Below are positions 28,256 to 36,820 of a stretch of 64,000 nucleotides of DNA, piece by piece (position 1 is the first letter of the stretch; the number at the start of each line of letters is the position of its first letter). Location: assembly GCA_001873365.1 (NCBI GenBank), contig MNYZ01000093.1, positions 504 through 64,503 on the forward strand. Direction: 5' to 3'. The position numbers were made by a program, and so were the translations under genes. Source of the stretch: Oscillatoriales cyanobacterium CG2_30_40_61 (lineage in GTDB: Bacteria; Cyanobacteriota; Cyanobacteriia; Cyanobacteriales; Microcoleaceae). Under the pieces are notes generated by a model, which searched no databases, had not been told where the DNA came from, and saw only the letters and a program-made list of their open reading frames with translations.

Positions 28256-30547
28256 ATGTCAAAGCAAATTATTATCGCAGAACAGCAACGAATCGCTGCT
28301 GTTTTTTCCGAAGATCAAATTCAAGAACTGGTGGTAGCGACCGGAAATCACCAAGTCAGTGATATTTATCTGGGTATCGTGGAAAATGTCCTACCAGGAA
28401 TTGATGCCGCCTTTGTCAATATTGGAGACCCGGAACGGAATGGATTTATCCATGTTTCCGACCTCGGGCCATTACGATTAAAACGCAGTTCCGGTTCCAT
28501 TACCGAACTATTAAGTCCCCAGCAAAAAGTGTTAGTGCAGGTGATGAAGGAACCCACCGGCACTAAAGGCCCCCGGTTAACCGGAAATATTTCCTTACCC
28601 GGGCGGTATTTGGTGTTAATGCCCTATGGCAGAGGGGTGAATTTATCCCGCCGGATTCGCTCGGAAAATGAACGAAACCGTTTAAGGGCCCTAGCCATTT
28701 TAATTAAACCCGCCGGCATGGGATTATTAGTCCGTACAGAAGCGGAAGATATGCCCGAAGACGCGATTTTAGAAGATTTGGAAACTCTACAAAAGCAATG
28801 GGAATTGGTACAACAGGAAGCCCAATCTTCCCGGCCTCCGGCCTTGTTAAATCGAGATAATGACTTTATTCAACGGGTGCTACGGGATATGTACAGCACC
28901 GAAGTTAACCGAATTGTGGTCGATACCAGCACCGGCGTAAAGCGAGTCAAACAACATTTGATGAGTTGGAGTGTGGGCAAAGCTCCTCAAGGGGTGTTAA
29001 TTGACCATCACCGAGAACGGATTCCGATTTTAGAGTATTTCCGAGCCAATGCCGCCATTCGAGAGGCGTTAAGACCTAGGGTGGATTTACCTTCGGGCGG
29101 TTATGTTGTGATTGAACCAACCGAAGCCCTGACGGTGATTGATGTTAACTCAGGTTCCTTCACCCGTTCGGCCACCTCCCGGGAAACGGTATTGTGGACA
29201 AATTGCGAAGCCGCCACCGAAATCGCCCGTCAGTTGCGGTTACGCAATATTGCTGGGGTAATTATTGTGGACTTCATCGATATGGATTCCCGTCGAGATC
29301 AGTTACAGGTCTTAGAACATTTTAATAAAGTCCTAAAAGCCGATAAAGCCCGACCCCAAATTGCTCAATTGTCAGAATTAGGGTTAGTGGAATTAACCCG
29401 CAAACGCCAAGGCCAAAATATCTATGAGTTGTTTGGCAAAACCTGCACCACCTGCGGGGGCTTGGGCCATATCGTTCAGTTACCCGGAGAACCCGAACCC
29501 GAAACAGCACCAAACCCAGAACGAGTCGTGATTCCCAGTAATCGGATTATTACCCCGCCAAGCAGTAGTGACACCTCAGAACGGCCCAGTTTACGTCCGG
29601 TTCCAGTTTATGAACAGCAGTCTTCGAGGGAAGAACCCGAAGTTGTAGATTTTGAGGCGTCTGAGGGTTTCCAGGAGTTAGAACTGCTCAACCATCCCAG
29701 TTATCAAGATATTGGCGCTAGTAACGCCCGTCGCCGTCGCCGTCGGATTCGGGATATGGATTCTATCACCCGCGATGAGGAATCCCCCTCCCTTGGTGTG
29801 CGGGTGACTCCGACCGTCAACTATGGCGAACCTCGGACGGATGTTGGGTTTAGTGAAGGCTTCTCCGGGCGTAGTGGACTAAGTGAACGCAGTCGCCCCA
29901 CCAAGTCCGAAATTATTAAACCGATGGTGGAACCGCCGGAGGTGATTTCGGTGGAAATGACACCGGAAGAACAGGAGGTTTATGCGTTGATGGGGATTTC
30001 TCCGTTAATGCTATCCCATGAACCCGTAAAAAATTCTCGCTCTGTGATTGTCACGGTGCGCTCCCCTGGAGAATCTCCCGTTTCTCCCACAACTCTGATG
30101 GATGAAGATTCGGAGGAAGCCGAAAATCTTCCCCTTTCGATTGGTTTCGGTGAGCGGCCCATTCCTGAGCGGGTAGTTCCTGAACGGTCGGTTTCTGAGC
30201 GGATTATTCTTGACCGAACTATTCCTGAGCGGGTAATTCCTGAAAGGTCAATTTCTGAGCGGATTATTCTTGAACCCAAAAAACCAGAAATACCGTTAAT
30301 ACCGGAAATACCAGAAATACAGGAAATACCAGAAGTACCAGAAATACAGGAAATAACAGAAACACTAGAGATAATAAAAACGGCGGAAATAGAAGAACCT
30401 GAAACAACAGTAGAATTTTTTGTACCGCCAACCCAGGATGAGTCAGTATCAGAGGATTCCTCCGACTTAGAAGCAGATACGGATCATCAACCGGGTGAGC
30501 CAATTATTCGTCGTCGTCGCCGTCGGTCTTCGGCTCTGACAGACTAA
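28256..30547 (+). CDS. rne: Ribonuclease E
   Basis: GIDAAFVNIG, KEPTGTKGPRLT, IDVNSG, IIVDFIDM and CTTCGGLG, with a C-terminal disordered region ending RRRRRRSSA. Confidence 0.97.
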   Translation: MSKQIIIAEQQRIAAVFSEDQIQELVVATGNHQVSDIYLGIVENVLPGIDAAFVNIGDPERNGFIHVSDLGPLRLKRSSGSITELLSPQQKVLVQVMKEPTGTKGPRLTGNISLPGRYLVLMPYGRGVNLSRRIRSENERNRLRALAILIKPAGMGLLVRTEAEDMPEDAILEDLETLQKQWELVQQEAQSSRPPALLNRDNDFIQRVLRDMYSTEVNRIVVDTSTGVKRVKQHLMSWSVGKAPQGVLIDHHRERIPILEYFRANAAIREALRPRVDLPSGGYVVIEPTEALTVIDVNSGSFTRSATSRETVLWTNCEAATEIARQLRLRNIAGVIIVDFIDMDSRRDQLQVLEHFNKVLKADKARPQIAQLSELGLVELTRKRQGQNIYELFGKTCTTCGGLGHIVQLPGEPEPETAPNPERVVIPSNRIITPPSSSDTSERPSLRPVPVYEQQSSREEPEVVDFEASEGFQELELLNHPSYQDIGASNARRRRRRIRDMDSITRDEESPSLGVRVTPTVNYGEPRTDVGFSEGFSGRSGLSERSRPTKSEIIKPMVEPPEVISVEMTPEEQEVYALMGISPLMLSHEPVKNSRSVIVTVRSPGESPVSPTTLMDEDSEEAENLPLSIGFGERPIPERVVPERSVSERIILDRTIPERVIPERSISERIILEPKKPEIPLIPEIPEIQEIPEVPEIQEITETLEIIKTAEIEEPETTVEFFVPPTQDESVSEDSSDLEADTDHQPGEPIIRRRRRRSSALTD
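30161..30400 (+). repeat. Coding tandem repeats in the RNase E C-terminal region (15-bp units with a 60-bp superperiod, then 9-bp units)
   Basis: IPERV VPERS VSERI ILDRT IPERV IPERS ISERI ILEPK, followed by PEI PLI PEI PEI QEI PEV PEI QEI. Confidence 0.85.
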
Positions 30548-30553
30548 AGAAAT

Positions 30554-30587
30554 GTTGAGGGTTCACAGTTAATTGTTAACCCTCAAC
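30554..30587. terminator. Hairpin between convergent genes, probable bidirectional terminator
   Basis: GTTGAGGGTT...AACCCTCAAC, a 10-bp perfect inverted repeat just after the rne stop codon. Confidence 0.6.
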
Positions 30588-30597
30588 CCCAGTCTGA

Positions 30598-31086
30598 TTA
30601 CTTGACTTCAATAATTTCTGTATCCCCGATTTCTTGATTATCAACCATGAAAGTTTCATGATTATTTCCGTTTAAACTAACCCGAACTTGATGAAGTCCT
30701 GGGGGAAGTTCTGCAAGATAATACCAATTTCCATAAATTCGGGTGACTTTCTTCCCATTAATATAAAGGTGAGCGTGTCCTTCTTGATAGGAGTCGCTGG
30801 GTTGATTGGCTCTTTCTGGTGTAAATTTAAAATTAGTTAATTTTAACTCTAAATTCCATCCCTGACGGGGATCGGGATGGACAATTAAATCCACCGATGG
30901 TATCGGTTGACCAGGAGGAATCGAGATCATTTTATGGTGAGGGGAAGATTGATCATGTTGTTGTTCATGGGCTTCAACAGATGATAAACCTAATCCAGTA
31001 AAACCACTAAAAATTGTCCCTAAAAGGAGAGAAAACCCAATCACAATGGTCTGGTTTTGTTGACGATTAAATTGGCAATTCATCAA
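30598..31086 (-). CDS. Exported His-rich hypothetical protein, possible metal-binding Ig-like fold
   Basis: Signal peptide ending SSVEA, then HEQQHDQSSPHH and EGHAHLYINGKK. Confidence 0.7.
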   Translation of the reverse strand: MMNCQFNRQQNQTIVIGFSLLLGTIFSGFTGLGLSSVEAHEQQHDQSSPHHKMISIPPGQPIPSVDLIVHPDPRQGWNLELKLTNFKFTPERANQPSDSYQEGHAHLYINGKKVTRIYGNWYYLAELPPGLHQVRVSLNGNNHETFMVDNQEIGDTEIIEVK

Positions 31087-31288
31087 ATTAACTCAAGTAA
31101 AGAAAATAGATTTTTTTATGACCTGATCTTGATTTTTTTACCTAAATATTAGTTTTGTCAAAAGACAGATTGTCAAACTTAAGCACACTGATAAATGTTT
31201 ATGGACGGGTTTATTGAAATTCGGGTGATTCACAAAGATTAAATAGAACCTGTCCCTACCAGTGATAACTAATAACTGATTATTGATT

Positions 31289-32476
31289 ATGTCTGAAACT
31301 ATTGTTGTTAAAATTGGTACTTCGAGTTTAACCCAGTCAGCAACTGGACATTTAGCCCTATCGACCTTAGCCACATTAGTAGAAACCTTGACCGGACTGC
31401 AAAACCAGGGTTATCGCGTGGTTTTAGTGTCTTCGGGGGCGGTGGGAGTGGGACGCGATCGCTTAGGATTAACCGAACGTCCCCGGACTATTGCTTTAAA
31501 ACAGGCTGTAGCCGCGGTGGGTCAAGGTCGTTTAATGCGGGTTTATGATGATTTATTTAGTACCTTAAAACAACCAATTGCTCAGGTTTTACTAACTAGG
31601 GGAGATTTAGTACAACGCAATGGTTATGTGAATGTTTATAATACTTTTCAACAACTTTTAAAATTAGGGGTAATTCCAATTGTTAATGAAAATGATACCG
31701 TTGCAGTCGATGAACTAAAATTTGGAGATAATGATACGCTTTCGGCTTTAGTTGCGAGTTTAGTAGAAGCGGATTGGTTATTTTTATTAACCGATGTAGA
31801 TCGATTATATTCGGCCGATCCTCGGGAAAATCCTAATGCACAACCGATTAGTTTAGTAACTAATATGGAACAACTAGAAGAATTTCAAGTCAAAACGGGA
31901 GATTCTCGCAGTAGCTGGGGAACCGGAGGGATGATTACTAAAATTGAAGCCGCTAGAATCGCCACGGGATCGGGGGTGAGAACAGTAATAACTGAGGGAA
32001 AATATCCTCAAAATTTAGAAAAAATTCTCCAAGGGGAAGCCATTGGTACGCAATTTGAACCCCAGAATCGACCCGTTAATGCTCGCAAACATTGGATTGC
32101 AAATGTATTAGTTCCTACGGGAAAAATATATTTAGATGCGGGGGCGGTTCGGGCAATTTCTCAAGGAGGAAAATCCCTATTGGCGGCGGGAATTACTCAA
32201 GTTGAAGGTGAATTTAATCTTCAGGATTCTGTCCAAATTTGTAATTTAGACGGACAAGAAATTGCTAGGGGATTAGTTAATTATAGTCAGGGAGAATTGC
32301 AAAAAATTAAAGGTTTACATTCGGATAAAATTCCTGAGATTTTAGGTTATGACGGGGCGGATACGGTGATTCATCGTGATAATTTAGTCGTATTATCCCC
32401 ATTATCTATAACAGGGAACAGGGAACAGGGAACAGGGAACAGGGAACAGGGAACAGGGGGAAAAATTTCACTATAA
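31289..32476 (+). CDS. proB: Glutamate 5-kinase with PUA domain
   Basis: [36 protein letters not shown] and GTGGMITK. Confidence 0.97.
   Translation: MSETIVVKIGTSSLTQSATGHLALSTLATLVETLTGLQNQGYRVVLVSSGAVGVGRDRLGLTERPRTIALKQAVAAVGQGRLMRVYDDLFSTLKQPIAQVLLTRGDLVQRNGYVNVYNTFQQLLKLGVIPIVNENDTVAVDELKFGDNDTLSALVASLVEADWLFLLTDVDRLYSADPRENPNAQPISLVTNMEQLEEFQVKTGDSRSSWGTGGMITKIEAARIATGSGVRTVITEGKYPQNLEKILQGEAIGTQFEPQNRPVNARKHWIANVLVPTGKIYLDAGAVRAISQGGKSLLAAGITQVEGEFNLQDSVQICNLDGQEIARGLVNYSQGELQKIKGLHSDKIPEILGYDGADTVIHRDNLVVLSPLSITGNREQGTGNREQGTGGKISL
32411..32459 (+). repeat. STRR-type heptamer (ACAGGGA) x about 7, inside the proB 3' end
   Basis: Six perfect units plus one near-perfect unit, translated as [15 protein letters not shown]. 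Confidence 0.92.
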
Positions 32477-32513
32477 TCAATGCTTTTTTAAAATCAATTT
32501 GAGCTGGTTAATT

Positions 32514-32831
32514 ATGTCACTTTATGATAAAATATACGAGGTTGTCCATCAAATTCCTAGGGGAAAAGTCGCTACCTATGGGCAAGTTGCAGAACTCGCG
32601 AATCTCAGTAGAAAAGCTCGTTTAGTCGGTTATGCTTTATACAAAATTCCGTTAGAAACCACAGATATTCCTTGGCATCGAGTGATTAATGCTCAGGGGG
32701 AAATCTCTCATTCAGTATGGCGTAAAGGCACAGATTATCTTCAGCGATCGCGCTTAGAATCAGAAGGTATTCAATTTAACACCCAGGGTAAGATCAACCT
32801 TTCCCAATATCTATGGAAACCTACGGTTTAA
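32514..32831 (+). CDS. Alkyltransferase-like (ATL/MGMT family) protein
   Basis: IPRGKVATYGQVA and IPWHRVINAQG. Trp replaces the catalytic Cys of PCHR, as in ATL proteins. Confidence 0.9.
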   Translation: MSLYDKIYEVVHQIPRGKVATYGQVAELANLSRKARLVGYALYKIPLETTDIPWHRVINAQGEISHSVWRKGTDYLQRSRLESEGIQFNTQGKINLSQYLWKPTV

Positions 32832-33047
32832 AAATTTGGGATTTAAGCCAGAAAGACCGTTTTACTGCTAGAAAAGCTGCGAATTGATCATGCAGCATCT
32901 TGCCAATTCCCGATTCCCTGCTATAGTGTGATATCGGCTAATGTTTGATATAGTTTTAGGGCGAAATGCCGAACTTGCAAGCAAAACCGAACTATAATTC
33001 CTGCATGGCAAATCACCCCTACCAGGAGCATCGATCAGGAGGTAAAA

Positions 33048-33647
33048 ATGGCTGAAATCACAAAAGAAGAAATGCGAGAGCGTTTGGGCAATATTGACCA
33101 AATTCGAGATATCATATTTGGGTCGCAACTGCGGGACTATAACAGTAGGTTTGAGAAGATCGAGTCGGATTTGGCACTATTACAAGAAGATGCCCAGGAT
33201 CGGGTTGAACAACTCAAGACTATTTTAACCGCAGAAATCAAGTCTGTTGTTGAGAATTTAGACAAAAAAATTAAAACCCTGAGTTCAAATTCTCAGGAGG
33301 AGTTAACGGATTTAAGACAACAGGCTGATCGACTTAATCGGAAATTTTCCAGTAGTATTGAGGCGTTAGATGAGGCCTTAGATAGTCAAACTACTTCCTT
33401 GCGGGAAGAATTAGGACAAACCCGTGATCAGTTACAAGACGAAGTTCGCGGTCTGAAAAATCAAGTTTTAGAAGAACTAGAACGTCGATTTACTTTATTA
33501 ACAGAAGCCAAAATTTCCCGCGATGATATGGCTGAAGTTCTGTTTGAAGTCGGGATGCGATTAAAGGGGACTGAATTTGTTCCGGCTATTAAACAGGCGG
33601 TCGATGAAAAAAATTCCGGTTTTGCCCTCCCAGAACATCATCTATAA
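33048..33647 (+). CDS. All-helical coiled-coil (apolipoprotein-like) protein
   Basis: AGGAGG RBS, N-terminal LGNIDQIRDIIFG, then continuous heptad-like helices. Confidence 0.8.
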   Translation: MAEITKEEMRERLGNIDQIRDIIFGSQLRDYNSRFEKIESDLALLQEDAQDRVEQLKTILTAEIKSVVENLDKKIKTLSSNSQEELTDLRQQADRLNRKFSSSIEALDEALDSQTTSLREELGQTRDQLQDEVRGLKNQVLEELERRFTLLTEAKISRDDMAEVLFEVGMRLKGTEFVPAIKQAVDEKNSGFALPEHHL

Positions 33648-33663
33648 TTAATTTGGTCAAACT

Positions 33664-36258
33664 ATGACCTTTTCTCAGGGTGATTTAAGTCAAAATGATC
33701 AACAAAAGGGGATTTCATCTCAACAAGATTCATTGGATCAGGTTGAGAGTGATCCTCTGGAATTGTTGATTGATTTATTAATGGATTTAAGCGATTTTAA
33801 TGATTCTGATCCCGATTCTTCCTCCTCTTTACCCTTAGAAGATCAACAAAGCCTCAATATTTTAACACCAGATCCGATCCCTTCTCAACTAGAATCTCCG
33901 AACCCAATTCCATCAATTCATCTGTTATCTTCTGGAAAGTTAAAACCGGAAAATGATTTAATTTTGCGACTACTGCCTTTACTGGAAAAACCGCCGGCTG
34001 GGGCGATGGATGTTGATTATTCAGTCAGCGATATTGAAGAAGATTTAGGTGAAATTTCTGCCGAAACTTCAGCTAAACTAGAAGAAAATCAGGATATTAT
34101 TGAAGATATTAGTACGAGTTTACCCCCAAATCAAACAGATAGGATAAATTCTGCTAATTTAGAGAAATCTTTACCTGAAAATACCACATCAAAACCTCAA
34201 TTAAAATCCCAAAGTTGTTTAGCAAAATCTGCCAATATTCCAGAGATAAATTCTGTTTCTAATTCTAATGACCCTCTGGAGAAATTGCAAGAGTTAATGT
34301 TTGGGTCTAATCTCGGCGATGACTTAGATAACTTTAAAAGCCGTCTGTTCAACTGTGAGTTGCCAGAAGTTAGAGAATTAATAGAAAATATTAATCGTCA
34401 ATTAAGTCAGATTCAATTCCAAATTTATGAACCAGAACAATTAATTGAACTTTTACTTCCTACCATTGGTCAACTTTTGAACTTAAAAGTAATTGAGTCC
34501 AAAGACGAATTAATTCAAGCATTTATTCCAATTATTGATGAGGTAATTAAAAGGAAAGGTCAAACCGACCGACAGGCGATGAGTGCGGCTATTGCTGATT
34601 TAATTCCCCAAGCAATTAAACAACAAATTAAAAATTCTCCTAAAGAAATTGCTGAAGCTTTGGGGCCAGAAATTGGGGCAGCAATTCGAGAACAAATTAA
34701 AATTGATCGGAATGAAATTGCCGTAGCTTTAGCACCAATGATTGGACGCAGCATTAAAGAACAAGTGACTTTAGAACGAGATTCAATGGTAGATGCACTG
34801 TATCCGGTAATTGGCAGTACAATTACTCGTTATTTAGCAGAGGCTATTCAAGAAATTAATGAAAAGGTCAGTCAAGCCTTTAGTGTAGAAGGGTTACAAC
34901 GAAAAGTTAAATCCAAAGTTCAAGGAGTATCGGAAGCGGAACTTATTTTAAGAGAAGTCAGACACTTTATTGTACAAGCGGTGTTTTTAATTCATAAAGG
35001 TTCGGGTTTAATTATTGCTGAAATTAAACAACCGGATCAATCTCAAATGGAAGCGGAAATGGTGGCGGGAATGTTAACCGCAATTAGAAGTTTTGTTAAT
35101 GATTGTATTAGTCAAACCGGGGAAGTTTCCGAACTGAATGAAATTGAATATGGAGATTGTAAAATCATCCTAGAAGTGGCGGGATATTGTTATTTAGCAG
35201 TAGTAGTAAAAGGGGAACCTCCGAAAGCATTTATTAAAAAAATCCGTCAGACTATGGCAAATTTAGTTATGAAATATAGTCAGCCGATTAAAGACTTTGA
35301 TGGTGATCCTAATTCGGTTCCTGAAGGAATTATTAGTCAGCTTGAAGCCTTGATCAGAGTTGTAGCCCGTTTACAGACCCAGCAAAAGCCAATGACTTTA
35401 TTAATTTTGGGTTCTGTGGTTTTGAGTTTGATCCTAATTCCTTGGGGAATCCATCAATATCGACAACATAATTTGCGTCAGTTAGAAACAACATTAACCA
35501 CCACTTTAGGAGCGGAGTCTGAGTTATCAATTTATACTTTAAAGGTTAAAGCCCAGGGAAGAACCTTAGCATTAGAGGGGAAAGTTCCCAACGCTCGATT
35601 AAAAGATAAAGTTGAAAAAATTGCCCAAGAAACGGCTCCAAATTTTCAAATTAATAATCGGATTATTGCAGTTAAAGTTCCTCCCGATCCGATCAAAGTT
35701 GCTGCTGAAGTTAAGCAAATGGTGACTATAATGAATCAAATTAGTGGGATATCAATTTCTGCTGATTATCAAAATTCCCAAGTGAATTTGAAAGGAAAAG
35801 TGATTAAATCTGAAGATATTCAGAAAATTACTCAAGCTTTTCAGAAAATTGAAGGGGTAGATTCGGTAATTGCTAATCTAACGGTGCAACCTCTACCAAT
35901 AGCCACTAGAATTTATTTTGGTTTTGGTTCGGCGGAATTAGTCTTAAAAGATATTCGAGGTAAACTTGTGCCTCTGGCTGAATATTTGAAGCGATATCCC
36001 GATCTCAAATTAACAATTATTGGTTATAGTCATGAACAGGAAAAATCTCGAAAACATCCTGAGTTAGCCTTAGAACGTGCTCAAACTATCCAAAATGTTT
36101 TAGAGGATTTGGGAATTGATCGGCGACGCATAGAAACAGTTGGTAAAACTGAACGCCCAGGGGGAGTTGATCCAAATCAAGAACTTTGGTTGAGTCAAAC
36201 GGTTTTATTTGAGATAATACCCTTACAGTTTGAACAAAATAAACCCCAAAAACTATGA
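33664..36258 (+). CDS. Single-pass membrane protein: disordered N-terminus, 22-residue helical repeats, putative longin/roadblock-like domain, TM, two BON-like domains and an OmpA-like domain
   Basis: TM segment MTLLILGSVVLSLILIPWGI, BON-like LALEGKVP and VNLKGKV, and OmpA-like IYFGFGSAEL...LTIIGYS...LALERAQTIQNVLEDLGID. Confidence 0.8.
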   Translation: MTFSQGDLSQNDQQKGISSQQDSLDQVESDPLELLIDLLMDLSDFNDSDPDSSSSLPLEDQQSLNILTPDPIPSQLESPNPIPSIHLLSSGKLKPENDLILRLLPLLEKPPAGAMDVDYSVSDIEEDLGEISAETSAKLEENQDIIEDISTSLPPNQTDRINSANLEKSLPENTTSKPQLKSQSCLAKSANIPEINSVSNSNDPLEKLQELMFGSNLGDDLDNFKSRLFNCELPEVRELIENINRQLSQIQFQIYEPEQLIELLLPTIGQLLNLKVIESKDELIQAFIPIIDEVIKRKGQTDRQAMSAAIADLIPQAIKQQIKNSPKEIAEALGPEIGAAIREQIKIDRNEIAVALAPMIGRSIKEQVTLERDSMVDALYPVIGSTITRYLAEAIQEINEKVSQAFSVEGLQRKVKSKVQGVSEAELILREVRHFIVQAVFLIHKGSGLIIAEIKQPDQSQMEAEMVAGMLTAIRSFVNDCISQTGEVSELNEIEYGDCKIILEVAGYCYLAVVVKGEPPKAFIKKIRQTMANLVMKYSQPIKDFDGDPNSVPEGIISQLEALIRVVARLQTQQKPMTLLILGSVVLSLILIPWGIHQYRQHNLRQLETTLTTTLGAESELSIYTLKVKAQGRTLALEGKVPNARLKDKVEKIAQETAPNFQINNRIIAVKVPPDPIKVAAEVKQMVTIMNQISGISISADYQNSQVNLKGKVIKSEDIQKITQAFQKIEGVDSVIANLTVQPLPIATRIYFGFGSAELVLKDIRGKLVPLAEYLKRYPDLKLTIIGYSHEQEKSRKHPELALERAQTIQNVLEDLGIDRRRIETVGKTERPGGVDPNQELWLSQTVLFEIIPLQFEQNKPQKL

Positions 36259-36782
36259 TTTCTAAAAAAATTTGCTTAGTTGGTGATTTTGGAGTTGGAA
36301 AGACCAGTTTAATCCGCAGATTTGTGGATAGACAGTTTAGCGATCAATATTTGTCTACCGTTGGAGTCAAAATTTCTCGAAAGATTGTTGAACTGGCTGA
36401 AATGAACTCAAAAATAACTGGATCTGTACAATTGTTAATTTGGGATATTGAGGGTCATACTAAATTTAAAGCGATCGCCCCGAGTTATTTACAAGGAGCG
36501 AGTGGTGTGGTGATTGTTGCAGACGTTACCCGACAGGAAACAATAGAAAGATTACCTGAACATATTAATTTATTTCTCTCTGTGAATCCCAAAGGATGTA
36601 TAGTGATAGCATTGAATAAAATTGATTTGATCGACTCAACAGAACTTGAACATCTAATCAAACTAGCCCCTAATTTGAAGCAGTATGATCAGATTTTGTC
36701 CAGCCATCAAACTTCCGCAAAAACTGGAGATCATGTAGATACAATTTTCTATGAGTTATCCCAGAAATTTATCTATAGTTAA
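36255..36782 (+). CDS. Stand-alone Ras-superfamily (Rab-like) small GTPase
   Basis: G1 GDFGVGKT, G2 YLSTVG, G3 WDIEG, G4 NKID and G5 TSAKTG. It is 175 aa with no CAAX tail and overlaps the previous stop codon (ATGA). Confidence 0.93.
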   Translation: MISKKICLVGDFGVGKTSLIRRFVDRQFSDQYLSTVGVKISRKIVELAEMNSKITGSVQLLIWDIEGHTKFKAIAPSYLQGASGVVIVADVTRQETIERLPEHINLFLSVNPKGCIVIALNKIDLIDSTELEHLIKLAPNLKQYDQILSSHQTSAKTGDHVDTIFYELSQKFIYS

Positions 36783-36820
36783 AGAATTACTTCTAGTTTT
36801 TTTGTGTTCTGGGATGAGTT

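Noticed and set aside
30548-31100. Absence of rnhB after rne
   Set aside because: The rne-rnhB linkage is common but not universal in cyanobacteria, and rnhB may lie elsewhere. This cannot be judged from the window.
32514-32831. ATL gene as part of the GTPase operon
   Set aside because: It is separated by 216 bp containing promoter-like sequence, and its DNA-repair function fits the upstream proB transcript or its own promoter equally well.
36255-36782. GTPase as MglA or as a Roc domain of a Roco protein
   Set aside because: It lacks the MglA G2 Thr-Arg and GQ signatures, and there are no LRR or COR sequences in frame or adjacent.
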